Assembly: GCA_001275005.1 (NCBI GenBank)
Contig: JWZX01003361.1
Coordinates: forward strand, 1 to 51,322
Direction of reading: 5' to 3'
Length of the DNA stretch: 51,322 bases
From: Chrysochromulina tobinii
Lineage: Eukaryota
This document shows, piece by piece, positions 20,685 to 30,326 of this stretch. A program made the position numbers and the translations under genes. The notes under the pieces are model-generated. The model had not been told where the DNA came from. It saw only the letters and a program-made list of their open reading frames with translations, and did no database searches. Every line of letters begins with the position of its first letter. The first letter of the stretch is position 1.

Positions 20685-22205
20685 TCAGCCGCAAAGTAGC
20701 GCGACCGCCTGCGCCACGTCGCCACCACATAGCGTGAGCATCTCGACCGCCTTCGCGCGCTCAAACCCCATCCGCGTCAGGTCCGCAATTCGACTCAAGC
20801 ACTCGTCCTCCACGAAAATCCTATCATCGACGTCTGCATCTGCAAAGACGGCCGCCTCCAAAGCGATTGCACCAGTGCCGGGCCCCGAGCGAACTGCCGC
20901 AACGGACGGCGCGAATTCCATCGCTTGGACCCGTGCCGCGGCGATCGCATTCTCCTCGGTGACTGAAATGGCGAGGGCTTGTGCGAGCATCCACGCATCC
21001 ATCGGGTCCTCTTCGGCCAACGCCGAGCCCCGGAGGCTATCCTGAGCATTTTGCACCAACTTCCACTGCGCATGAGGTCGTGCTTCCTTGGGCGTGGTTG
21101 CGTCCGGCAGCGGCGGCACCGCCTCCGGGGAGTGCCCCCCCTGGAGCTTGGCAGGCGGATCGGTGTCGTGCACCGCTGGCGGCGGCACAGGTGGCCTCGA
21201 CGGACCTGGCGAACTACACGACTTCGTCAACTTCGTCAAGTTCGGCAGCCCAGGTGGCCTCGATGGACACGACGTAACCTCGACGTGACCTGACGTAACC
21301 TCGACGTGACCTGACGTAACCCAGGGTGGCCTCGACGGACCTGGCGTCCACTGCGACGGAGGAACGGATGCTGGTGCTGGTGTCGATGGTGCCTCCGATG
21401 TGGATCGGCCCAATTGGCCTCCGACCGTTGCGGATTGGAGATCCATGCTTTCGACCATGGTGCCACCTGCCACGTGCTGCTTGGCGGCGGCCTGCCGCAC
21501 AGCTGTTCGTCGCGCGTTTCGCTTCATCGCTTCTGTGGGCTCGCTAGGGCGAAGAGTGGCGACCGCGTTCGCTGCTGCCGCCTCCGCTGCCTCTCGATGC
21601 CCGACCCAGCTGATCGGAGCCTGCGCCGAGGGTCGCACACCATCGCTCTCCCACAGCAGCGTCGCCAGCTGGCGCTCCAGCTGCCACAGCTTGTGCTGCC
21701 CAGGCATTCGCTGCGGTACGACCAGTCGCCGGTGGCCCTCGAACAAGAAGTAGTAGCCGTTGCCGTGTATGCTCGCCTCTTCGAGAGCGCCGTCAGGCAG
21801 AGTCAGCCAGCTCGCGTACGTCTCAGCGCTCACGCAGTCCACGACATTGACGCAGCCCAGCAGGCACGAGGTCGGATAAGACGAAGGCAGCGTGGGCACG
21901 GCCTCTGGATCGCCGCCCGAATAGGTCGCCAGCGACCGGAAGACTGAGGTATGGAAGGCCTCCATTTCCGAGATTTCCTCCGGAGATGGCTCCTTTGAAG
22001 CAGCGTGAATCCACAGCGGCCCACGATAATCAGAGCACCACCCTCGCCCGTCGAGCCGCTGCAAGCCGTACGCGATCATGGACGCCAGCGGCTGGTGGAA
22101 TGAGAGCACACATGTGGGAACTGAGGAGTTCCTAACCAGCTTCGGACGGCGCTGCCCACCTCGGCCGCCACGACCGCGGCTTGCACCCTTCCCGCCGCCA
22201 CCCAT
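20685..22205 (-). CDS. ASCH domain protein with N-terminal RGG, UIM-like motif and C-terminal UBA
   Basis: LSFHQPLASMIAYGLQRLDGRGW..DYRGPLWIHAASK, YPTSCLLGCV, GQHKLW (ASC-1/TRIP4-like ASCH); LAQALAIS; LTRMGFERAKAVEML..CGGDVAQAVALL. Confidence 0.85.
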   Translation of the reverse strand: MGGGGKGASRGRGGRGGQRRPKLVRNSSVPTCVLSFHQPLASMIAYGLQRLDGRGWCSDYRGPLWIHAASKEPSPEEISEMEAFHTSVFRSLATYSGGDPEAVPTLPSSYPTSCLLGCVNVVDCVSAETYASWLTLPDGALEEASIHGNGYYFLFEGHRRLVVPQRMPGQHKLWQLERQLATLLWESDGVRPSAQAPISWVGHREAAEAAAANAVATLRPSEPTEAMKRNARRTAVRQAAAKQHVAGGTMVESMDLQSATVGGQLGRSTSEAPSTPAPASVPPSQWTPGPSRPPWVTSGHVEVTSGHVEVTSCPSRPPGLPNLTKLTKSCSSPGPSRPPVPPPAVHDTDPPAKLQGGHSPEAVPPLPDATTPKEARPHAQWKLVQNAQDSLRGSALAEEDPMDAWMLAQALAISVTEENAIAAARVQAMEFAPSVAAVRSGPGTGAIALEAAVFADADVDDRIFVEDECLSRIADLTRMGFERAKAVEMLTLCGGDVAQAVALLCG

Positions 22206-22524
22206 GAGAATTGAAGACTCCACACTTCGTCAATGCTCTTTTGTACCGGGTGCCGGGCGCCGTCGAGCGCTCGCAAAATCGAGGGCCACTTTCACGTTAC
22301 GCTGTTCCAACCACGATGACGCCGACCACGCACACGATGTCCCGGAAGCGCTTCCCGCGGACGCGCGCGCGGTGGAAGCAAGCCAACACACGACACCACA
22401 ACCGGCACTAAACCAAATGATGAGTGTTCCTCTATGCAAGCGCCCTACTGCCGCTGAGCACCGCGCCCCACACCTCCGCCCGAGAGCGCACCGCGCCACC
22501 CTGCCCCGCGCGAGCGTGCGCCGC

Positions 22525-24028
22525 TCAGACGGGCAGCGCGCCCTTGCGCGCTCCCGCCTCGCGGTAGACGCTCGACGCGAGGACGTTCGAGGGCTCCTTG
22601 GAGTCGCCGAGACCCAGGACGCCCACGCATTTGAGGTCCTCGAAGGCCTGCATGAGCCGCTTCGCGCACGCCTTCTCAGCGGCGCGGATCGGCATGCGCG
22701 GGTCGTAGTACTTCTTGTTCGGCTTGTCGGCACCCTCGGGGTTGCCAATCTGGCCCTGCAGGTAGTCGCGGTTCTCCTTCTCGTACGCCCTGATGCCGTC
22801 CCAGTACGACCACTGCGTGTCCGTGTCGATGTTCATCTTGATCACGCCGTAGCCGATCGACTCGCGGATGTCGTTGATGTCCGAGCCCGAGCCTCCGTGG
22901 AACACAAAGGAGACGGGCATCGAGCCCTGCGGCATGCCAAGCTGCTCGGAGATGTACGCCTGCGAGTTTTTCAAGATCTTGGGGGTGAGCTTGACATTGC
23001 CCGGCGCGTACACGCCGTGCACGTTGCCAAAGGCCGCCGCGATCGTGAACTTGGCGTTGGGCACCTTCATGAGCGCCTTGGTCACCGCCCACACCTCCTC
23101 CGGCTTCGTGTACAGGTCCTCTTGGTTGGCGTCCTCGTTGTTGACGCCATCCTCCTCGCCGCCAGTGATACCGAGCTCCATCTCCAGAAGCATGTCCATC
23201 TTGGCCATGCGCTCCATGTACTCGACGCAGATGTCGATGTTTTCCTCGAGCGGCTCCTCCGAGAGGTCGAGCATGTGCGACGAGAAGAGCGGCTCGCCGT
23301 GCATCTTGTAGTAGCGCTCGGACGCCGCGAGCATGCCATCCATCCATGGCAGCAGCTTCTTGGCGCAGTGATCGGTGTGGAGCACCACCGGCACGCCGTA
23401 CTGCTCAGCCATCGCACGCACGTGATACGCGCCCGACACGGCGCCAGCGATCGCCGCCGTGTAGTCCTTGTTGTCCAGGCCCTTGCCAGCATAGAACTGT
23501 GCGCCACCCGACGAGAATTGGATCATAATGGGCGCATCGGCCTTGCGCGCCGCCTCGAGGCACGCGTTGACGCTCGAGGATGTCACGCAGTTGACGGCCG
23601 GGATCGCATACCTGCGAGCGGCGTCGAGGTCGGATCCACGTCAGATTCGGATCGGCTGCCAAGAACAGCAGTTTGGCGGCGCCACAGCGCTTCAGGCTGC
23701 GCACCCCTTCTCCTTGGCGTCTTTGAGCAGGTCCATGAGGGCCTGGCCGGTGACGACACCGGGGTGCACCGATGGCGGCAGCTTGGGGTACGACGGGAGG
23801 TCGCACTCGCCAACGCACGGGATGCCCATGTCATCGGCGCTGCCAACAGCACACACGAACCACATGAGCCAGTGCGGTAGGAGCAGGAGGCAGCAGCTAG
23901 CACCCGAGGTTCATGACGCCGTTCACATACGCAGTGCCCATCGTGATCGGCCGCGAGCGCGACGTCACCGGCACATGGAGCGCGCTGGCCGAGCCGAGAA
24001 GGACTGCTGATACCAAGAGCTTCTGCAT
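22525..24028 (-). CDS. fbaC: Plastid-targeted class II fructose-bisphosphate aldolase, diatom FBAC1-like (introns 23840-23930, 23612-23704)
   Basis: Signal peptide MQKLLVSAVLLGSASAL plus transit peptide; GIPCVGECDL.SYP.LP.SVHPGV; YAIPAVN, LHTDHCAKKLLPW, SSHMLDLSE, GNVHGVY, FHGGSG, KMNIDTD, PNKKYYDPR. Confidence 0.97.
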
Positions 24029-24324
24029 TGGGAGAGAATAGCGAGATTGCGAGATTCCTGTGGAACATGTGCGATTCTTGCACTTTGAAGAATTCTGCCC
24101 ATGCAACCGTTCACGTTCACGTTCACGTTAAATTGCCATCTCGGCAAGACGCACAACCACAGGCCCCGTGGAGACACAACGTGGAGGGCGCGGCGAGGTG
24201 CAATAACCGAAACAACTGCACCAAGTTTGGATGTTGAGGTGCCGAGAGAAGGAAGCGTGGGCTCGGTCAATCTTGACTTGACTTCAATGAAAACAGGCTC
24301 GCTTCCTTTTTTCGTTGCGAATGC

Positions 24325-26445
24325 ATGCAGTCACATGTTCACATCGCAACTGCCAAGACTCGAGCACCCCAGGGTCACTCCCAAAACGCGCCGAGCATGG
24401 ACGGGAACCTTGACCTTCCCTCGGCATCACGCCTGCCCGCGCCGGAAGCCGCCGCCGCCGCGCCCTTTGCCGCCTCGCCCGCCGACTCCATCCCCACCGC
24501 AGTAAGTACGCCCACGAACCGAGCCGAGATGCAGCCGCCCGCGTTGCTTTCCTCGATCATGGGCCAGCGGCGGGCCGTAGCCGAGAGCAGCGCGATTTCG
24601 TGGCGAGATTTGTTCATCACGAACCAAAAGCCACTCGCTGAGCCTTTTGAGCCGGGATGGGGCGATTGCCGCGCCGCATCGCGCCGGAGAGGTGTGCTCT
24701 TTGGTACCGCCGACACGAGCGACAAGCGCCCACCCCTGTACGCACCTCATCGGACATCACGCTCGTCCTTGGCCTCAGCTGGTCCCCACCGTCTCGAAGG
24801 CATCAAGGTACGACGGGATGGTGGGCAGTGGATTCGGACAGCGCGCGTCCCAACCTATGCCGAGACGCGCATTGAGAAGCGAGAGTACCTCTCTCTCACT
24901 CCGACACAGGCTGCGCTCATTCGCAGACGCTCGCTAGAGGGGTCTCAAGTGGGCAGCCCGCGCAGCATCGACGTGGTCACCGACGAGGCGGCTCAGCGAC
25001 GGGCGACGGGCGACCTGCTGGATGTCGCCACCGGCTCCATGAGCCTCGTGAAGGAGCCGTTGAAGGAACAGCCCATGGCCTCGACCAAGCCGGCGGTCGC
25101 GGCCAAGTCGCCTGCGCTCACGCCACCGCGAGCGATGCGAAGCCACTGCTCCTCGTCCTCCGCGCACACGGCAGCGCTGGTGGCGTGCGGTTCGCCCAAC
25201 CTCCATCCGCAGGGAGCCGCTGCGAGCAGCAACGTGCCCGGCCGTAAGCATTGGTATCGTTCCGCCGGCAGCGCACCAGCCGATCAACCGACGGCATCGG
25301 GCGATGGTGCAGCGAGTCCTTCTCCTTCCAAAGGAGAGGATGGCGAGGGTAGTGGAGCAGCTCGACCGCGCCCATCTCGTCCGTCTCGCCCGCCGTTGCT
25401 CCCCTCAGCCGAACATGGTGCATCCGCCAGAGCGCTGACTTTGGAGGAGGAGAGGAAGAACGAAGAGACCTTCCCAGAGACCTTCGGTACGGCTCGTACC
25501 CACCCTCGTACCCACCCTACTGGTGCGAGGATGGACGATCCGATGAACCAGCAATGTGCTGATGATCTCGCCTATGTGGGCGACCGCGAGGGCGTCCTCG
25601 ATCGGGAAGCAAACGCCGAGGAGACCGCCGAGGAGGCGGCTGAGGAGGCGGCTGAGGAGTTAGCCGAGGAGACGTTGGCAGCCGCCGGCACGAGGCTGCT
25701 CGGCTCGGATAGGCGGATGGCTTCCTGGTCGGTGCCCACCCCGCGCCCTCGCGTCTCGCTCTGCGAGAAGTGCGCCCTTGTTTGGGTGCGCGAGGGGGCG
25801 CCGCGCTTCGACTCCGCCCGAGACTACGTGGCCGATCTGAGGCAGGAGATCCACGATCTGAGGCAGGAGATCCGGCAGGATCCCGAGAAGCACGCGGACG
25901 CCAGGGCGCTGTGTCGCACGATCGCAGCGGCCTTGGACACGTGTATGACCAACCATGCCGAGGCGGCCGCCGAGCAAATGCGGCATTTCTATGCCGCAAG
26001 GGCGCAGGCCACACAAGCACACTTTGCTGGCGTGGCCGAGGCATCGCGCATGTGGTGGGAGGACTTCACTTCAGGGTATTTGGCGGAGCAGCTCACCGAA
26101 GCGGTGCAGGCCCGATGGGAGCAAGACGTGGCCGCCATTCAAGTCTTCCTTGAGGACTTCGTCGTCGACCCTCGGGGCACGCTCCAGGGTTGTTGGTCGG
26201 GCGTGTCCACGGGCGTACGAGCTTACATGCGAGCGCGGGCTATGGGTTGGGCATTTGGAACTACAGATGGACGAGATGAACGAGAACTCGTGGCGCGAGC
26301 TCACCACGTCGAAACGCTCTCAACCGAAGGCCCCCGGAGTGACGCCGATCCGAACGCCGAGGCCGAGGCTGAAATGGACACCGTTGCAATGGCGGCTGCC
26401 GGTGCGGAGGCCAAGAGCGAGGGCCCTCGGCACGCGCAGAGGTAG
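24325..26445 (+). CDS. Hypothetical protein, largely disordered with coiled-coil C-half (likely start 24397)
   Basis: 706-aa ORF, head-to-head with fbaC; E-rich and DLRQEI repeats; no family recognised. Confidence 0.6.
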   Translation: MQSHVHIATAKTRAPQGHSQNAPSMDGNLDLPSASRLPAPEAAAAAPFAASPADSIPTAVSTPTNRAEMQPPALLSSIMGQRRAVAESSAISWRDLFITNQKPLAEPFEPGWGDCRAASRRRGVLFGTADTSDKRPPLYAPHRTSRSSLASAGPHRLEGIKVRRDGGQWIRTARVPTYAETRIEKREYLSLTPTQAALIRRRSLEGSQVGSPRSIDVVTDEAAQRRATGDLLDVATGSMSLVKEPLKEQPMASTKPAVAAKSPALTPPRAMRSHCSSSSAHTAALVACGSPNLHPQGAAASSNVPGRKHWYRSAGSAPADQPTASGDGAASPSPSKGEDGEGSGAARPRPSRPSRPPLLPSAEHGASARALTLEEERKNEETFPETFGTARTHPRTHPTGARMDDPMNQQCADDLAYVGDREGVLDREANAEETAEEAAEEAAEELAEETLAAAGTRLLGSDRRMASWSVPTPRPRVSLCEKCALVWVREGAPRFDSARDYVADLRQEIHDLRQEIRQDPEKHADARALCRTIAAALDTCMTNHAEAAAEQMRHFYAARAQATQAHFAGVAEASRMWWEDFTSGYLAEQLTEAVQARWEQDVAAIQVFLEDFVVDPRGTLQGCWSGVSTGVRAYMRARAMGWAFGTTDGRDERELVARAHHVETLSTEGPRSDADPNAEAEAEMDTVAMAAAGAEAKSEGPRHAQR

Positions 26446-26641
26446 TACATCACACTCAGGGGGAGGAGCTGTGCGTACACAGTCTTTAAGCACTGTATTC
26501 ACGGCTATCTGAGAAAATCCGGTTGTTAAGCACACAGCGCCATACCCGAATACCGGAGCCCTTCACTCCTTGTTTAGTTGCACCGACGACCGAGGATGGT
26601 GTTGAAGTGATATGCAGTAACATTTCCGCGCGTTGTGAAGA

Positions 26642-27676
26642 TTAGGTCCAAAAGTGAGCTCGAATGCCGAGCGCGCGAAGCCGCTGCATCAGTGCGAGCG
26701 CGTCATCGACTGTTGGCGCACTCCGAATCTGCAGAGGGGTGAAAAACCATCCAAAGTACCAGCCCGTTCGATAGTCTTCGTAGAAGTGGTACTCAAAGAA
26801 GAGCTCGTCCACGAGACTGGCAAGGGTCGCATCGGCTATGAGGGCGCGTACGATCGAGAGCTCGACGTGCGGAGTGTCAATATCTAACTTGACTACGACG
26901 TAGTCGGATGGCCGTACTGTCGCGTTCAGCAGCCTGAGGAAGCTGCTCGCGCCTTGGGTAGGTTCTTGCGGAACGCCAAGATTGAAGAAGGCGAGCTTGG
27001 AGCGCAGCTCGGGCGGCTTTGATCCCCACCATTCTTCAGCGGCGTAGGGCTTCTTCTCCCAAGCGAAAATTCGGTCGAAGTGAATGCACCGTGCAGCGAA
27101 CATGTCAGCAAACTTGACAATGGAATCCGGCTGATCGCCATCCTTGGTCTTGTTATAACTCTTGGCATTGCCACGGTCGATGCCACATCCCATGTCGAAG
27201 AAAAGCGCTCTTCTGGCTTGCTTGCTGTTGCATGCATTGGGCAGCACCAAGTACGAAGAGTTGATTATATCGACTCCCTTGGGATATTCGGACGGAAGCC
27301 CCGACGTCCAGTCTTTGCTCGCACGCTTACAGCCCACGCGGGCAAACGGATGCCGGGCGACTCCGGTAAGTGGCTCGATGTACTCTGTGCTGCCATCGGC
27401 GCACTGGAAATGGCTGAGCACGCGAGCTTCATCTTCTGTGGGGTCGCGCGCTTGGTTGCCATTGTTCATGGTCGCAGCATATTCCAGCCATTTCATGGAG
27501 TCGCGGTTCTCGACTTCCTTCCAAGCCATGCTGCAGATGTGGCCTGAGACCTTCCCGTTCATCCATCTGCCCTCTTGCCGCCCAGCGGTGTAAGTTACAC
27601 GTTGACACGGTGATGAGCGAGCCATGTCGCAGGCGAGAGCAAAGACCAGCGCGCGCGCCCGACCCGCCTCCCGCAT
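26642..27676 (-). CDS. FkbM/Methyltransf_21-like SAM-dependent methyltransferase, probably secretory pathway
   Basis: FFDMGCG, FDRIFAWE, DYVVVKLDIDTP.VE, LVDELFFEYH, LRALGIRAHFW; signal-like leader from 27676; upstream GT-AG intron 27777-27899 may extend the 5' end. Confidence 0.75.
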   Translation of the reverse strand: MREAGRARALVFALACDMARSSPCQRVTYTAGRQEGRWMNGKVSGHICSMAWKEVENRDSMKWLEYAATMNNGNQARDPTEDEARVLSHFQCADGSTEYIEPLTGVARHPFARVGCKRASKDWTSGLPSEYPKGVDIINSSYLVLPNACNSKQARRALFFDMGCGIDRGNAKSYNKTKDGDQPDSIVKFADMFAARCIHFDRIFAWEKKPYAAEEWWGSKPPELRSKLAFFNLGVPQEPTQGASSFLRLLNATVRPSDYVVVKLDIDTPHVELSIVRALIADATLASLVDELFFEYHFYEDYRTGWYFGWFFTPLQIRSAPTVDDALALMQRLRALGIRAHFWT

Positions 27677-27783
27677 ACATTCAAGTTGACGGAAAGAGGG
27701 TGTTGAGGTAAAGCAAAACGCATGCAACGCTCGCGCCTGCATTGACTGCTTCCAAGCAAGCAATGCTTGCAAGTACCTGGCAC

Positions 27784-27894
27784 ACCCTGACCCTTCGCCG
27801 AGCCCCGCCCCTGGCCCCGACCCTGATCTAACCCTGACCCGACAGCCCTAGAACCGCAACGCCCTGCCGCCCTGCCCCTGCGCCCTGCCCCTGG
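27784..27894. repeat. Degenerate CCCTGA/CCCTAA/CCCTGC-type repeats within putative intron 27777-27899
   Basis: ACCCTGACCC, CCCTGATCTAACCCTGACCC and GCCCTGCC units between a GTAAGC donor and a CCAG acceptor on the minus strand. Confidence 0.55.
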
Positions 27895-28529
27895 CTTACA
27901 TCGTGACGCGTGTCGCGTGAGTGTCGGACGTAGAGTGACGAATCGAATTGGACTCGTAGCTACTAGCTTGGGCCTTGCCGCTTGCGGCGCTTCCAGGCGT
28001 GCGCCGTGCGGCTTGAACGCGTCAGTACTCTGAGTGGCTGCCACCGGGACGGCGGGACGGGTACAGTTTCAGTTACAGTTATAGGGGACAGACGACAGTG
28101 ACGCTTCTCACACCGACATCACCCTTCGCTTGACCCCCGGCGGGGGCCGGGCCGTCCGTCCGGTCTGTGCGCTCTTCTCTCGTCCTCTGCGGCGCGGCGA
28201 GTAAGTACGGGGAGAGCTACTGTAGTCGAGTCTTCTGGATCTTTTCCGAGACTCTCGAGTGCCGCACTGGAACGCAGCAGATATTTGATACGTGACCGCT
28301 ACAGATCTCGATGCTGGGTTTCACGATGCTCGTAAGTCGTATCGCTATACAGGGGGGGTCACGTCAGGTCAACGAACAACCGCCCCCTGCCAACTCGGGC
28401 AGTTCAACGCCGCCCGATGGTCGCCCGCCTCGTTAGGTACGGTCCGGTGAGACAAGAGACAAACTTTTATATGCGGGAGATCTCGCTCAAAGTCTCACTC
28501 CTAACTCATCTTCTGATTTCCTCAATGTG

Positions 28530-30170
28530 TCAAACCGCACGGCAGCGAAGCACGAGCGCCTTATGCCAGCGCTCGCCATCGTTCACCTGCCACGAGGCGG
28601 GGTCGCTTAGCCATGCCGGCCCCGCACGAGCTGTCGCCACGCCCTCGCGGTTCACGCCCTCGGCCACCTCTTGTGCGCAGATGGGGCCGCACGCCTGGCC
28701 AAGTTGCTCCATGAGTCCAAAATGCCAGAAGCCGCGATGGAAGCCGAGATGGGCGCTGTGCGGCACAAACCACAGGGCGCGGGCGCAGCGAGAGCCGCGC
28801 TGCACGTAGGCTGGCCTTCCATTTACGTGGCCACGATCGACCAGCAGGTCGTACAGTCCAAAATAGGCAGCTGCGCCGTGTTGGTCGGCCTTGCCGATCA
28901 TGGCATCGGGCAGGCTGCCTACAAGCTCCACGCTCGCTGCATCGACCCACAGTGGCACCTCGATGTACGTGGGGGCGTTCAGGGCGTGCTCGACGGTACC
29001 CTCGGGACGCTGCACAGGGGCTGGCGCCCGCACCGTCCATGGTCCCGTGATGAGCTCCGCCACGACTGCGTCGGCTGTCGCGAGGGCATGCAACGAGCTC
29101 AGGCCGGAGCCATGCTGCTCGCGTCCACCTAGGTGCCAGTGGCCGTGGTCAGGGGAGATCCACAGGAACGTGGAGCCGCCACGACGCGTATATGAGGCGC
29201 GGCCGTTGGTCAGCGTCACGTCGCGATCGAAGAGGCCCAGCAGGCTCGTGCGGTAGTACTCGGCATGGAGGGCGGCGTTGAGGATGGCGGGCAGCGTGCC
29301 GCTCACCACGACCGCGCTCGCACTGCTCGCCATCAGGGCTGCTTGCTCCCCCTCGTCGCTCGCGGAGCCGCAGTAAACGTCGGGAGCCACCACCCACGAG
29401 ACGCCACCGGCACGGGCACCGACGGTGGGTGAAACCTCGTTGTCGCTGTCGTCGTCGTCGTTCTCGTCGCCGTCGCTCGGCGTCGGCGCCGCAGATGCTG
29501 CCTGCCACACTCCGCGGCGCCGTGGCGGCTCTACCACATCGTTGTCCGGGGCATGGGCCCCGAGGTGGCCAGCGGCGCTGCCCTTGAACTGTACCTCGGC
29601 TGCGTGCCAGAAGCAGTTTCGTGAGCCATCCGGCTTCACCGACGAGAACCACAGGGCATGTGAGCCGCCACGCTTCGTGTACGAGGGCTTATCGTTGGTG
29701 AGCTTCGCATCTCGCTCGTAGACGCCGAGGCATGCTCTCGCATGTTCATTTGCTGCCCTCGGTAGCGAGCCCCCGAGGCGCACGGTGGTTGCGCAGGTTG
29801 AAACTTGGTGCACTCGGCACGAGAGCACGCGTAGCTCCTCGCGCGTAGACCTGTGGCCAATATTCGCATTTTCCCAACCATCAGGCGCAGTTCCCGGAGG
29901 AAGCGTCGAAAGGTACGCGTCAACGGCGCTGCGAACCTGGAGGGCGGGCACCAGCGCCACGTCCTCCAAGCCGGCCAGTTTCTCATGAGTCACTGGATTG
30001 ACGATTGCAAAGGGGCACGTGCGCCAGAAGGCGAGAAGCGCGTCGAGTTCAACGGCGTGCCCACTCGAGAGGATGACGGGATTGCACATCACCTTCATCG
30101 TGATCGGGCAGAGCAGTTCGTCGGGCGATGAAGGCTTCCATTGTGCATCGGGCGCCACTGAAGACTCCAT
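28530..30170 (-). CDS. U-box E3 ligase with three tandem uncharacterised beta-rich repeats
   Basis: PDELLCPITMKVMCNPVILSSGH..E...NPVT...LVPALQVRSAVDAY; three copies of G.LP...LG.Y/F....NG/D(R/K).SY..RG...LW.....W. Confidence 0.85.
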   Translation of the reverse strand: MESSVAPDAQWKPSSPDELLCPITMKVMCNPVILSSGHAVELDALLAFWRTCPFAIVNPVTHEKLAGLEDVALVPALQVRSAVDAYLSTLPPGTAPDGWENANIGHRSTREELRVLSCRVHQVSTCATTVRLGGSLPRAANEHARACLGVYERDAKLTNDKPSYTKRGGSHALWFSSVKPDGSRNCFWHAAEVQFKGSAAGHLGAHAPDNDVVEPPRRRGVWQAASAAPTPSDGDENDDDDSDNEVSPTVGARAGGVSWVVAPDVYCGSASDEGEQAALMASSASAVVVSGTLPAILNAALHAEYYRTSLLGLFDRDVTLTNGRASYTRRGGSTFLWISPDHGHWHLGGREQHGSGLSSLHALATADAVVAELITGPWTVRAPAPVQRPEGTVEHALNAPTYIEVPLWVDAASVELVGSLPDAMIGKADQHGAAAYFGLYDLLVDRGHVNGRPAYVQRGSRCARALWFVPHSAHLGFHRGFWHFGLMEQLGQACGPICAQEVAEGVNREGVATARAGPAWLSDPASWQVNDGERWHKALVLRCRAV

Positions 30171-30326
30171 GATGTGAGACGAGAGCCAATGCTGTGAAAT
30201 TCGAATTAAAATATGGGCTGTGAAAGTCAGGCGAGAAAAATTGCATCCGTGAGACGCGAATATTCTTGACGAAACGCTTTTCACAAATATGCGACTGAGC
30301 TCTGGCCGTCCGCGATGGGCTCTCTC

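Noticed and set aside
22078..23880. 600-aa plus-strand ORF
   Set aside because: Antisense shadow of the GC-biased aldolase CDS; no domain features.
14853..27676. Biosynthetic gene cluster (hydrolase-kinase, IPK, aldolase, methyltransferase)
   Set aside because: Genes are interspersed with unrelated ones, have different predicted compartments and share no coherent pathway.
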